Origin: Octopus vulgaris
Taxonomy: Eukaryota
Reading direction: 5' to 3'
DNA: 64,000 bases
NCBI GenBank assembly: GCA_951406725.2
Contig: OX597816.1
Location: forward strand, 29,760,001-29,824,000
The notes beneath the pieces were generated by a model. It searched no databases. It had not been told where the DNA came from and was given only the letters and a program-made list of their open reading frames with translations. Below, piece by piece: positions 1 to 11,894 of this stretch (position 1 is its first letter; each line of letters starts with the position of its first letter). The position numbers were made by a program, and so were the translations under genes.

Positions 1-24
1 TAACCACTGGGCCATTGCGCCTCC
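1..24 (-). mobile_element. 5' tip of tRNA-derived SINE (type H1), cut by window edge
   Basis: Reverse complement GGAGGCGCAATGGCCCAGTGGTTA matches the heads at 6678, 30678 and 38177. Confidence 0.85.
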
Positions 25-42
25 TCGGAATGAACTTATATA

Positions 43-1184
43 CAGAGTGTCCCGAAATTAAAGCAACCGAAGTTTCGGGCTTTAATAACTATCAATAAAT
101 GTGATAACATATGAAAATTATACATGATTATAAAAGCTTAGTGTGTCTTTTTTTTTGTTTGTTTCAGACTAAATAAATTCAGATTTATAAATTAGATAAT
201 GGCTATACAATCATAACTCTCCTCAAAGGAAGTAATACAGCTATAGCAAAAAAAAAATTAAAGTAACTCGACAAGAGTATGGAACGTTGTTAAGAAATTT
301 CAAGAGACTAGTTCTAACACTGTTCGAATTGGACGTGGCCGAAAAAGAAGTGTGCGGACCCTTTAGCTGATCAAAATTTACCAGAGAAACGATATGGCGA
401 AATCCTCGTCATTCCATAAGAAAAAAGCGACTGCCGCAGCAAAAATAGGCTGAATATCGATGTATCGAGTGCGGAAGAAAGATCTCAGGACTCACCGGTA
501 CAAGATGATCCGTCGTCGTGTGCTCACGCAGGTTTATAAGGCCATGAGACTAGCAGGAAGTCATCTTAAACTGCGTCAGATTGCTGAAGGCACGCTACGC
601 AACTTGTTGTTCACTGATGAAAAGAAATTTGACATTGAACAGCCAGGAAACAACCAAAATGTTTTTGGAATGTGTCTGGCCGCGTTCAGTGTAAACTCGT
701 AAATTGACATCAAAGTCCATAACCAGTTATGGTTCTCACCTCGTTTTTGTGCCCTCGAGTGTTAAAATTAACATCCAGCGATACATTAGCAACATTTAGG
801 AAGCTGAACCGTTTCCTTGGACGTATGAGCAGCATGAAAGAGCACCTTGGAGCCCCCAACAGGACTTAGGACTATCCCACAGCTCCAAATAGACACAACA
901 TTGGACTCAGAAAAAAACATTCCATCGTTCATAAACAAGGATGCATGGCCCTCAAGATATCCTAATCTCAACCTGTTAGAATGTTATATTTAGTCCATTT
1001 TAGAGACACGATCTTCAGCACTTCTCATGCTTCACTCGACTCTCTGAAGACAAAACTGCGCCAGGAATGCGCTTCGATTCCACAAGAACAGCTGCGTGCC
1101 GCGTGTGAAGCATTCGCATCGAAACTTAAGGCTGTGATTCGAAACAGAGGTGGTCATATCGAAGAAACGAAGGTAGTGTCATAA
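43..1184 (+). mobile_element. Decayed Tc1/mariner-superfamily transposon (maT/DD37D-like transposase pseudogene)
   Basis: Starts TA|CAGAGTGTCCC (TIR-like). Broken frames give LLFTDEKKFDIE (first catalytic D), WPSRYPNLNLL (WPPxSPDLNPLD-like, ~946) and C-terminal SLKTKLRQECASIPQEQLRAACEAF..RGGHIE*. Right TIR not found. Confidence 0.85.
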
Positions 1185-1520
1185 TTGTGTTTCCTTTACT
1201 ATTCCATTGCAACGCTCGAACCTGAAACATTTGGCAAAACTGAAAAAGGGTGGTTACGTACCAACATACATACATTCACTCATATGCACAAACATACATA
1301 TGCATGTATTATTTTGTTTTGTAACCGTAGGTCAAACATTATTTGTTATAATAACGTTGAAAGTCACGGCTATACCATCTCTTTGTATACCATTGTTGAT
1401 CTAGGATTTTATCATCAAAAGTGTCATTTCCTTTTAAACGTTACATGAAGGAAATTTTGTTGTTATTTCTAACAGGACCATGTAGAAGCACATTCGTATA
1501 CATATTGTTTGTATATATAT

Positions 1521-1829
1521 ATCATCGTGATCACCGTGACCGACCAGGCTATCAGATGTTGTTACACATCGCTGGTCACAATGCGCTTCGCATTATTTTA
1601 GCCTTCAAATGACGCCACCCCACTGGCTAAGCGAGTAGGCCAACAGAAGAAAGAGTGAGAGAAAGTTGTGGCGAAAGAGTACAGCAGGGGTCGCCACCAC
1701 CCCCTGCCGGAGCCTCGTGGAGTTTTAGGTGTTTTCGCTCAATAAACACTCACAACGACCGGTCTGGGAATCGAAACCACGGTCCTACGACCGCGAATCT
1801 GCTGCCCTAACCACTGGGCCATTGCACCT

Positions 1830-1832
<3 letters not shown>
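1521..1832 (-). mobile_element. tRNA-derived SINE, head H1 + tail B
   Basis: A box TGGCCCAGTGG and B box GTTTCGATTCC on the minus strand; same layout as copies at 37200 and 38177. Confidence 0.9.
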
Positions 1833-1897
<65 letters not shown>

Positions 1898-1898
1898 A

Positions 1899-1950
<52 letters not shown>
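1833..1950. repeat. (TA)n/(TG)n compound microsatellite
   Basis: Directly visible. Confidence 0.95.
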
Positions 1951-1951
<1 letters not shown>

Positions 1952-2392
1952 CTGTATGCGTGCATAGATATTTGTGTGTATTACGCTGATTCATATATTA
2001 ATCAATCTCATTAAGTTTGCATGCATACACGCACATACTATGCAGTAGATTTATCAAAATGGGCAAATTTGACCATTTCTCACTAAACTGAAAGAAATAA
2101 TTGACAGCTTCAATCGATTTTCGAACCTTAATAGTTGTCAACATCATATTGAGGTTCCGGAGAACAACCAGCCAGTCTGTTTATATACTCGAGAAATCCT
2201 GTCGATGCAATGATCTGGAACTATTAATTTGCATATCATAAACGTTTAAGACTTTATTTGATATCAGCCGCCTGTCAACGAGGGTCTCTGTTCACGCAGT
2301 GTTAAGGTATGATATAGTCTATGTAACCTGTGCAGTATGTATATTTGTGCTAGTGTGAGATACATATGTATGTGTGTATATATGCGTGTCAT

Positions 2393-2816
2393 CTTTACTC
2401 TTTTACTCTTTTACTTGTTTCAGTCATTTGACTGTGGCCATGCTGGAGCACCACCTTTAGTCGAACAAATCGACCCCAGGACTTATTCTTTGTAAGCCTA
2501 GTAGTTATTCTATCGGTTTCTATAGCCGAACGGCTAAGTTACGGGAACGTAAACACACCAGCATCGGTTGTCAAGCGATGTTGGGGGGACAAACACAGAC
2601 ACACAAACACACACACACACACACACACCCAACACACACACATATATATATATACATACGACGGGCTTCTTTCAGTTTCCGTCTACCAAATCCACTCACA
2701 AGGCTTTGGTCAGCCCGAGGCTATAGTAGAAGACACTTGCCCGAGGTGCCACGCAGTGGGACTGAACCCGGAACCATGTGGTTGGTTAGCAAGCTACTTA
2801 CTACACAGTCACTCCT
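2393..2816 (-). mobile_element. CORE-like tRNA-derived SINE with internal (TA)/(TG) tract and (AGTAAA)n tail
   Basis: Many near-identical copies in the window; the family consensus CCTTGGGCAAGT resembles the CORE-SINE domain. Confidence 0.9.
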
Positions 2817-2995
2817 ACTATAGCCTCGGATGTTAAAATCAACATCCAACAATACTAAGTCTCGGGCCGACCAAAGCCTTGAGAGCGGATTTATCAGACT
2901 GAAATAAACCCGTCGTTTAAATAAAGAAAATGTATTCATCGAAAAATACAGAATACGTCTAAATATGCAACGCATAACAAACTTTGATCACTATA

Positions 2996-3396
2996 CTCTT
3001 TACTCTTTTACTTGTTTCAGTCATTTGACTGCGGCCATGCTGGAGCACCGCCTTTAGTCGAGCAAATCGACTCCGGGACTTGTTCTTTGTAAGCCCAGTA
3101 CTTATTCGATCGGTCTCTTTTACCGAACCGCTAATTGACGGTGACGTAAACACACCAGCATCGGTTGTCAAGCAATGCTAGGGGGAAAAACATAGACACA
3201 CAAACACACACACACACACACACACATATATACAACAGGCCTCTTTCAGTTTCCGTCTACCAAATCCACTCACAAGGCATTGGTTGGCCCGGGGCTATAG
3301 CAGAAGACACTTGCCCAAGATGCCACGCAGTGGGACTGAACCCTGAACCATGTGGTTCGTAGGCAAGCTACTTACCACACACCCACTCCTGCGCCT
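2996..3396 (-). mobile_element. CORE-like SINE, full length
   Basis: Same family as 2393-2816; begins AGGCGCAGGAGTGG on the minus strand. Confidence 0.9.
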
Positions 3397-3679
3397 ATAC
3401 ATATTTTAATTCACAATTACACACCGTACATAAACCTCCCCACTACTCTAGCGTTTGAATTTTTGTGTATTATCTCCCCTGTCCACAATAAGAACGATCA
3501 CCAATTACCCCCCGCCCCTTTACATTTTCTTCTTGTTGATTTGTTCATTTATAAACTCCTCGCGCAACATGGAGAAAAAAATTTCCGGTTCAACAAACAC
3601 AACCTGAAATGTATTTAAAAAATTTATTAAAACTATGTAAAGTTTGTGCATTTTGTTTCTTTAATTTCTTTTATATATG

Positions 3680-3911
3680 TATTTCTTTACTACCCACAAG
3701 GAGCTAAAGACAGAGGGGACAAACAAGGACAGACAAAGGGATTGAGTCGATTACATCGACCCCAGTGCGAAACTGGTACATAATTTATCGACCCCGAAAG
3801 GAAGAAAGGCAAAGTCGACCTCGGCGGAATTTGAACTCAGAAGGTAGCGACAGACGAAATACCACAAAGCATTTCGCCCGGCGCGCTAACGTTTCTGCCA
3901 GCTCGCCGCCT
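3680..3911 (-). mobile_element. Meta-domain-like SINE
   Basis: GGCGGCGAGCTGGCAGAAACG head; central GTCGACTTTGCCTTTC.TCCTTTCGGGGTCGATAAAT recalls the MetaSINE domain; about 10 copies in the window. Confidence 0.9.
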
Positions 3912-3913
3912 TT

Positions 3914-3963
<50 letters not shown>

Positions 3964-4632
3964 TGCGTGCGTGCGTGTGCGTGTGTGTGTGTATGTATAT
4001 GTGTGTCTGTGTTTGTCCCGCCACCATCGCTTGACAACCGTTACTGGTGTGTTTACATCCTCGTAACCTAGCGGTTCGGCAAAATATGGACCAGACTTTC
4101 GATCAGAGGGAATTTTGACCCGCTCACCTCACCAGCGTGGTGGTATTATTCAGAAGCTAAATCGACGCAAAATGCATTGTGACCAGCAATGTATCACAAC
4201 AATCGCTGGTCTGTACATAATCCACTCATCAAGTATTGGTGGGCCCAGGGTGATAGCAGAAGACACTTGCTCAAAGTGGCACAAGTTGGATTGAATCCAA
4301 ATCCGTGTGATTGCTAAGCGAACGTCTTAACCGCATCGCCAGGCACTGTATTGAAAGATTAATTGAAAATTCTTGTGAATTCTCAAAACCCAACTTTTAA
4401 GTCTACCCATCATAAAGTTAAACGAAGTCATCTTTTATGCATTATGCCATAGTTACAGCACGTGGTAAAGACAAATTCAACGATATATTTCATTCATGTC
4501 CTGCTGAACATTCTTTACCAGCTGCATAACGACACTCTACTGATCGGAGTGACACTGTAGAGCAACGAAATCACTATTATGGTCTCATAATAATCGTTTT
4601 CCGTCTCCTTCTTGCCACTACAAACATATACC

Positions 4633-5111
4633 TATTTCTTTACTACCCACAAGGGGCTAAACACAGAGGGGACAAACAAGGACAGACATAGGTATTAAGT
4701 CGATTACATCGACCCCAGTGCGTAACTGGTACTTAATTTATCGACCCCGAAAGGATGAAAGGCAAAGTCGACCTCGGCGGAATTTGAACTCAGAACGTAG
4801 CGGTAGATGAAATACCTATTTCTTTATTACCCACAAGGGGCTAAACACAGAGGGGACAAACAAGGACAGACATAGGTATTAAGTCGATTACATCGACCCC
4901 AGTGCGTAACTGGTACTTAATTTATCGACCCCGGAAGGATGAAAGGCAAAGTCGACCTCGGCGGAATTTGAACTCACAACGTAACGCAGACGAAATACCG
5001 CTAAGCATTTCGTCCGGCGTGCTAACGTTTCTGCCAGCTCGCCGCCTTCGGTAGATGAAATACCGCTGAGCATTTCACCCGACTTGCTAACGTTTCTGCC
5101 ACCTTCTTAAA
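4633..5111 (-). mobile_element. Nested Meta-like SINEs (young copy 4817-5048 inside an older copy)
   Basis: Inner TSD CGGTAGATGAAATACC (4801-4816, 5049-5064); outer TSD CACTACAAACATATACC (4616-4632, 5112-5128). Confidence 0.92.
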
Positions 5112-5999
5112 CACTACAAACATATACCACTTTCAGACTGCATAAACTTGAGCTGCTCTACTTTACATATCACCCTCGTTGATATTATCAAACAGTGTTT
5201 GTACGAAACTGCTTATCCGTCTCAAAAGGAGACGATGAGGATAGAGAAAAATGGATATCTCTTAGTGTATCCAACTAAAACAGCATCAGGCCCCAGTTTT
5301 ACCGCTCTGCAGGAGGGAGAGGGTCGCTGGCTAAGAGCCAACTGTTGTTCAATGCGTTTCTGTTTATACATAACATTATCGAAACCATCTGATAGCCTTA
5401 ACCACTTAGTTACTTCTCTACACCGTGCGATTGAGATAGAGATTGCTCTCAATAGAAATTAGTTCCGAGAGATGGAAGTGTTATTTAGCGCATCTTCGTC
5501 ATTCTTTGGAGTCATGAATTTGCCATTTTGTCTGATGGGACGAGACAACATTCGTATTACGCGTTGGTATATATATATATTTCTCAATGCTTGCCAATAT
5601 TTCCATGAATAAATACATATTTGTCTAAAAATATATCTATATGTATATATTGCGATGCAAATCACTATGGTTACTTGTCTCGATTAAATTTAGCTGATTC
5701 GATTCACAAACAAAAGCAAAAATTTCACTGGAGAAGCTTCGAAGAATTAAATCTGTATGGAAAAAGCCAGAGAGAATATGAAGATCGTGCGGGTTTGTGT
5801 CTGTTTGAAAATATATTTATTATCAGAGTTGATATTGTCATAACCATTTGAACACAAGCATAACGCACTCAGATATTTAGTTGCGACGCTTTACGATCTA
5901 AGTGTAAATCCTGTGCATGTTTTTGCATTTCATTCGAGGTACATAAAATGAATATCAATAAATCTAAAGTCAATTCTACCACCTACTCTCTCAAAATGA

Positions 6000-6012
6000 A
6001 ATAATAATAATT

Positions 6013-6058
<46 letters not shown>

Positions 6059-6123
6059 GCATCATCACCATCATCATTATTATCATCATCATCATCACTG
6101 TTATTATTATTATTATTATCATT

Positions 6124-6188
<65 letters not shown>

Positions 6189-6224
6189 TATTATCATTAT
6201 TATCATTATCATTATTATTATTAC

Positions 6225-6281
<57 letters not shown>
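6000..6281. repeat. (ATC)n/(ATT)n compound trinucleotide microsatellite
   Basis: Directly visible. Confidence 0.95.
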
Positions 6282-6282
<1 letters not shown>

Positions 6283-6289
6283 TACTCAG

Positions 6290-6662
6290 AGATCTAAGGA
6301 TTTTCTAAATAGCACTGCTACTCTGCCACCCGTCTCTACGGACCACATAAGGTTAATATCTCATAGTCATTGAAAATGGGCCCTAGAGCTTGGGCATTAG
6401 AAATCCTTGTCTTGCTAATAGCAGCCACATTCAAATCGAGCGACCTGAGGTTGTTCAGCAAGGGACTTTGCTTCCAAGCTGAACCCAGGCCACGAACATT
6501 CACACACCCCCACTCTGAAAAAGGCCATATTTATCGGAAAAAGAAAAAGGAAGAAGGTCACTTACCATGGAGTTTGATATGGTCGGCTGATTCAGCAGCT
6601 TTGTCTGACGCATTATCATTAATGAAGGGCTTCCTTAAAGTCTTTTTATTCGGCTTTAGCCT
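6290..6662 (-). mobile_element. L1/Tx1-like non-LTR fragment: ORF1 end and ORF2 AP-endonuclease start
   Basis: Minus-strand translation with frameshifts: MAFFRVG-CVNVRGLGSAWKQSPLLNNLRSLDLNVAAISKTRI...GGRVAVLFRKSLDL (APE NVRGL motif). Confidence 0.75.
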
Positions 6663-6677
6663 ACAAAGCCCAATAGT

Positions 6678-7059
6678 GGAGGCACAATGGCCCAGTGGTT
6701 AGGGCAGCGGACTCGCGGTCATAGGATCGCGGTTTCGATTCCCAGACCGGGCGTTGTGAGTGTTTATTGAGCGAAAACACCTAAAGCTCCACGAGGCTCC
6801 GGCAGGGGATGGTGGTGATCCCTGCTGTACTCTTTCACCACAACTTTCTCTCACTCTTACTTCCTGTTTCTGTTGTACCTGTATTTCAAAGGGCCGGCCT
6901 TGTCACTCTCTGTGTCACGCTGAATATCCCCAAGAACTACTTTAAGGGTACACGTGTCTGTGGAGTGCTCAGCCACTTACACGTTAATTTCACGAGCAGG
7001 TTGTTCCGTTGATTCGGATCAACCGGAACCCTCGTCGTCGAAACCGACGGAGTGCTTCC
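6678..7059 (+). mobile_element. tRNA-derived SINE, head H1 + tail A, full length
   Basis: A and B boxes; TSD ACAAAGCCCAAT (6663-6674, 7060-7071); near-identical to 30678-31064. Confidence 0.93.
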
Positions 7060-7124
7060 ACAAAGCCCAATGTCGTTTGGGTATTGATTTTTAAGTTCTA
7101 GGTAAGCTTTTATCAGCTATCTGT

Positions 7125-7746
7125 CGAGACTGGGCGCCTGGCACCTAGAATGTCGTCAGGCGCTCACTGCCCTCTACCAGTCGGGCAATGGGGTCCGTGG
7201 ACGTTCCGCTTTAGAAATGTATAGAGGATTAGTGGCGGGTAAGTGCAACAGTGTTCCTGGGGTGACTCTAGGCGCTGACAAGAACGAACTGGTTAGTCTG
7301 TTCCGGTGGACTTTCCGGGCGGAAACTAACATGGATAATTTTCAGATGTCCTTTGGCCTGGCAGTGCTAGTATGGTGGGGGCGCTACAGGCTCTAAATAA
7401 ACTCTACAGGCACGGATGTGCTGTCAGACGGGCTTGTCCGAGGTGCACGCAGAGTGACGAATCCATTCTGCACACCCTCGTTCAATGTCCAGGCATTATC
7501 GACTGATGGGTTTATGTCGAACAGCTGCTGTCACTTGTGGAACGGATCCGTCTGTCGGTCGAATCTGTAGTTAAGATCGCACCACCGCCCTCCTACAATC
7601 GGGCAGGCAATGCAGTTTTCCTTTACCTGGTTGCTGTGGTGAAATAGGTTGTTTGGTGGATAAGGCTGAAAGGCATCGGGTTAGATACATTCTTCTTTGG
7701 TAGAGCCCTCATTGACTTCTTCAAGTTTCAAATGAAAAGGAAACTG
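7125..7746 (+). mobile_element. L1/Tx1-like ORF2 C-terminal fragment (zinc knuckle)
   Basis: Translates to ...NKLYRHGCAVRRACPRCTQSDESILHTLVQCP...VVWWIRLKG...FFKFQMKRKL with stops; CxxC-E-H-C motif of L1/Tx1 ORF2. Confidence 0.8.
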
Positions 7747-8851
7747 TCGTTATGCAGCTGGTAAAGAATGTTCAGCAGGACATTAATGAAATATTAGGGG
7801 TACTTATCTGGCATTTATTGCTTCAAAAACATTTTAAATTCAACTTTGTAATATTTTTCTCACTCACCTGCTAATCTCTCCACTAGTAATTTATTTTATT
7901 TCTCCGTGTTGTATTTCATATACCTCCAATATCCCCCAAATACTTATATCACTGTATTTTTTTCAACCGCTTTCGTTGTTTGCCTTTTTGGTATTTCAAT
8001 TCCCTGGATTCCACCAAATATTTCTAGTTTCATTTTCAAAATAGCGCCCTTTTTGAAAGCAGATTTCATACCTACATCATGTGAGAAAATGCAAGCAGTA
8101 CGTATATAACTTTCTAGCTGTACCTCCTTTTACGTATAAATCTTTATATTATTCATAAGAAGGAGATGCTTTATCTGATCATTAACCTTTTCCTGAATTT
8201 TTGATGATCTGGTCCCCACTTTGCAACCATGCAATTAAATAGCGTGAATCGCATATTTCCATCTTTAATATTTGACAACCTGAAGCAAACCGTCAAAGCA
8301 AAACAATAAATCAGTGATATATGACATGTATAGATCCCAAACTCCATACTAGCAAATTGTATTCGCAAATAAGTATCAACTTTCAACATATCAAAAGCCG
8401 CAATAATAGTGGAGATCTTACCAGATATGAAGACTAGTCTTTTGTTAGCACTGAAACCATTAAAATAAAAATGCATGTGTTGCTTTGATAGATATATGGA
8501 CACATCTGTACGAAGACGATGTATATGTTTAAATTAACGATGGTATATAACAGACATGTATTTATTATGGTAGTCAGGGATGGATATCAAAATGACAGGA
8601 ACAGTGTTGCAGATAAATGTTAATATTAATTATTCAAACGTTAAAACGCATGATACACATAAATCTAAAAAGAAAAGTAATGTTTACTAGCATTCATGAT
8701 GATACCACCGCGTGAGCGTAGTCAGAGGTTTGAGAGAATCTATGCAAAAATGATTTGCAACACTTGGCTCTTTATGTTGCGAGTTCAAATCACACGAGCG
8801 TCAGCTTTGCCTTTCATCCTTTTGGTGTCAATAGCATAGAGCAGCAATCAT

Positions 8852-9122
<271 letters not shown>

Positions 9123-9139
9123 GTTTTATTTTTATTTTT

Positions 9140-9573
9140 TATTCATAGCGTGCTTTCACTTCACTACCGAGCGCAGCTCTGTGTGCCTTGGGTATGTGCT
9201 GTGATTTGTTGTGATGCTCTGATGGTTATTGTATGGAAAGTGTTCTGCGTAGGATGTGGGCAGTGCCTAGTAGTGCAATTTTCTGTATGTTATATGTGTT
9301 TGTAAGTCCTGGTGTTTTTGTTATGTATTTGTCTGAATATTTTTTTATCATGCCTAATGCACCTACTATGATAGGAATTGTTTCTGTTTTCAGATTCCAC
9401 ATTCTAGTTACCTCTATTTCCAGGTCTTTGTATTTTGAGAGTTTCTCCATTTCTTTTAGAGACACGTTGTCATCTGCCGGTATGATACATCAATTAAAAG
9501 CATTTTTTTCTTCATGATCTCTGACAACTATATCTGGTCTGTTGGCCTTAATTTCTCTATCTGTGTGTATCGG

Positions 9574-9574
<1 letters not shown>
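9140..9574 (-). mobile_element. 5'-truncated R4/Dong-clade non-LTR element (RLE domain + 3' UTR)
   Basis: PIHTDREIKANRPDIVVRD...SLKEMEKLSKYKDLEIEVTRMW...IPIIVGALG...QKIALLGTAHILRRTL*; (TAA)n on both sides on its own strand. Confidence 0.88.

Positions 9575-9640
<66 letters not shown>
9575..9640. repeat. (ATT)n microsatellite
   Basis: Directly visible. Confidence 0.95.
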
Positions 9641-9642
<2 letters not shown>

Positions 9643-9961
9643 ACCTTCATCCAGCTATAAATACCCGGGAAGACTTGAGGCAGATGGAGTCAAACACCAC
9701 GACATGAAGGAAAAGACAAAAAGAGAATAACTGCCGGTATTGATACATCAATTAAAAAGCATTTTTTTTCTTCATTCTCAGAAGTTCGGTATGGCGCTGG
9801 AATCCTGAAGTGGACGGAGGAGGAGCTAAAGAAGATGGACAGGGAGTCAAGACAGTTCCTAACTTTGCATGAATCCCATCATCCACGCGCTGACACTGAT
9901 CGCCTTTACATAAAAGGGGCACATGACTTTGTAAATGAACAATCTGGTGTGTTTATTTAAA

Positions 9962-10084
9962 TTTTTTTTTTCTACTCTAGGAACAAGGCCCGAAATTTTG
10001 GAGGATGGAGCCAGTCGATTAGATCGACCCCGGTATGCAACTGGTACTTAATTTATCGATCCCGAAAGGTTGAATGGCAAAGTG
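9962..10084 (-). mobile_element. Meta-like SINE 3' fragment with variant tail
   Basis: Shares ATCGACCCC..AACTGGTACTTAATTTATCGA with other copies but has a different 3' tail. Confidence 0.75.
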
Positions 10085-10350
10085 TGGAAGACTGCGTGCG
10101 TATCGAACTCGAGAGTTTAATGAGATACCTAGCCCCAAATAAGGAAACCTTGCTAGTGACATTTAGGACCGAGGGAGTATTAAGAGCAAAAAGAAAAACA
10201 GAAAACGAAGTACAAAAAAGACATGAGTAATAATTATACATGTAGGGACTACACAGTTAAGTCCATGTAGCCACCAAAGAAGTTGCTTGAAAGAAAAAGG
10301 GGATTGGCTGATGAAAAGGACACTAAGGAGGGACACCGAGAGCACTATAC

Positions 10351-10585
10351 CTATTTCTTTATTACCCACAAGGGGATAAACACAGAGGGAGCAAACAAGG
10401 ACAGACATAGGTATTAAGTCGATTACATCGACCCCAGTTCGTAACCGGTACTTAATTTATCGACCCCGAAAGGATGAGAGGCAAATTCGACCTCGGCGGA
10501 ATTTGAACTCAGAACGTAAACGCAGACGAAATACCGCTAAGCATTTTGTCCCGGCGTCCTAACGTATCTGCCAGCTCGCCGCCTT
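10351..10585 (-). mobile_element. Meta-like SINE
   Basis: TSD GCACTATAC (10342-10350, 10593-10601). Confidence 0.92.
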
Positions 10586-10957
10586 ATATACCGCACTATA
10601 CCGGCAACACAAAACCAATCTTTAGCCACGAAATGGAGGGTCAACCTTATGAATGAATAAGTTCTCCGCTGTGCCGCATCTGCAATAGAGTGGATGAAAA
10701 CATTGCCCGTATCACGAACGAATGTTCTAGATTTGCCCCCCAATTCACTACAAGTTGTGAAGACACGACTAGGTAGCGAAAGTGCTATATTGGAAACTGT
10801 GCGAAGATTTTGTGCTAGAGTGTGGTAAGACGTGGTATGAATACAAACCACAGAGTTTGGCGAAGTCGGAGACTAGCAAAGTCCTCTGGTATTTCTCAAT
10901 CCAAACAGATCAGGTGATAGAGCATAACAGACCGGACCTAGTTATGGTGGACACGGT

Positions 10958-11376
10958 CATTTTCTTCTTCTTACAGCATTCACCCGGGGTGGGTTGAGCT
11001 GGCTTCATCCATCCTCAATGCTGCATCTCTCACAAACGCCGCCGATTTGAGGCTCACGACCGCGTGATCTCCAACCACTCCTTATTCCAGCGGCGAACGC
11101 CGTAGATATGGGGGCCTAGGTTGGGTTCCAGATCAGCCTTGACCGTCATCAGCCAGGTTTTTCGTTGTCCACCACATCGCTTTCGCCAACTCTGAAGGGG
11201 AGCTGGGGCAATTGCTTTGTAGATGAATTCTCCTGGTTGACAACGGAGTGCATGACCCAGCCAACGCAGACGTCTCGTTAGGATGACTTGTCGGAGGGAT
11301 GTGATTCTGCACTGGTGTCGCACCGAATTGTTGGAGACAAAGTGACGCCATCGGACACGAAGGATGCGGCGTAGAC
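10958..11376 (-). mobile_element. 5'-truncated RTE-clade LINE
   Basis: CLRRILRVRW...RRLRWLGHALR...GGQRKTW; short (GAA)n tail; 14-bp TSD ATGGTGGACACGGT (10944-10957, 11377-11390). Confidence 0.9.
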
Positions 11377-11669
11377 ATGGTGGACACGGTGCAACGCATA
11401 TGCTATATAGTTGATGATTTTGCCTGCCCCTTTGACCCATGAATAGTCAAGGAGGAAGGCAAAAAGATAGACAAATACAACCCTCTTAAGTGCGAAATAA
11501 CCTTGTTATGGAAAATGAAGAAAGTGAAGATAGTGCCAATTACTGTTGGGTCCCTGGGAACAATATCAGAAGACATCACGCGATGCAGTCATCAAGGGTA
11601 GTAGGAGGTTTTGAACGTGAAACCGTCCTTCACAGTTCTCTTTAACCACACAATAATGTAAAGGTAATA

Positions 11670-11894
11670 TATTTCTTTACTACCCACAAGGAGCTAAACA
11701 TAGAGGGGACAAACAAGGAAAGACAAAGGGATTAAGTCGACCCCAGTGCGAAACTGGTACTTTATTTATCGGCCCCGAAAGGATGAAAGGCAAAGTCGAT
11801 CTCGGCTGAATTTGAACTCAGAACGTTACGGCAGACGAAATACCACTAAGCATTTCGCCCGGCGTGCTAACGATTCTGCCAGCTGGCCGCCTTC
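11670..11894 (-). mobile_element. Meta-like SINE
   Basis: Family match; imperfect TSD CAATAATGT..GTAATA. Confidence 0.9.

Larger units (their letters stand above)
9641..11580 (+). mobile_element. Older R4/Dong-like element (RT end, CCHC, RLE) interrupted by three insertions
   Basis: Colinear pieces SYKYPG, VRYGAGILKWTEEELKKMDR..HHPRADTDRLY, WLMKRTLRRDTESTI, PLCRICNRVDENIARITNEC, KVLWYFSIQTDQVIEHNRPDLVMVD, KKIDKY..KIVPITVGSLGTI. Confidence 0.85.

Noticed and set aside
6678-6752. tRNA gene-like sequence with A and B boxes (also 30678, 38177)
   Set aside because: It continues into SINE bodies with TSDs and has no proper acceptor stem or terminator.
8171-8503. 110-aa minus-strand ORF
   Set aside because: No motif, no ATG start and no splice support; consistent with a chance ORF. 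The same applies to 29218-29532.
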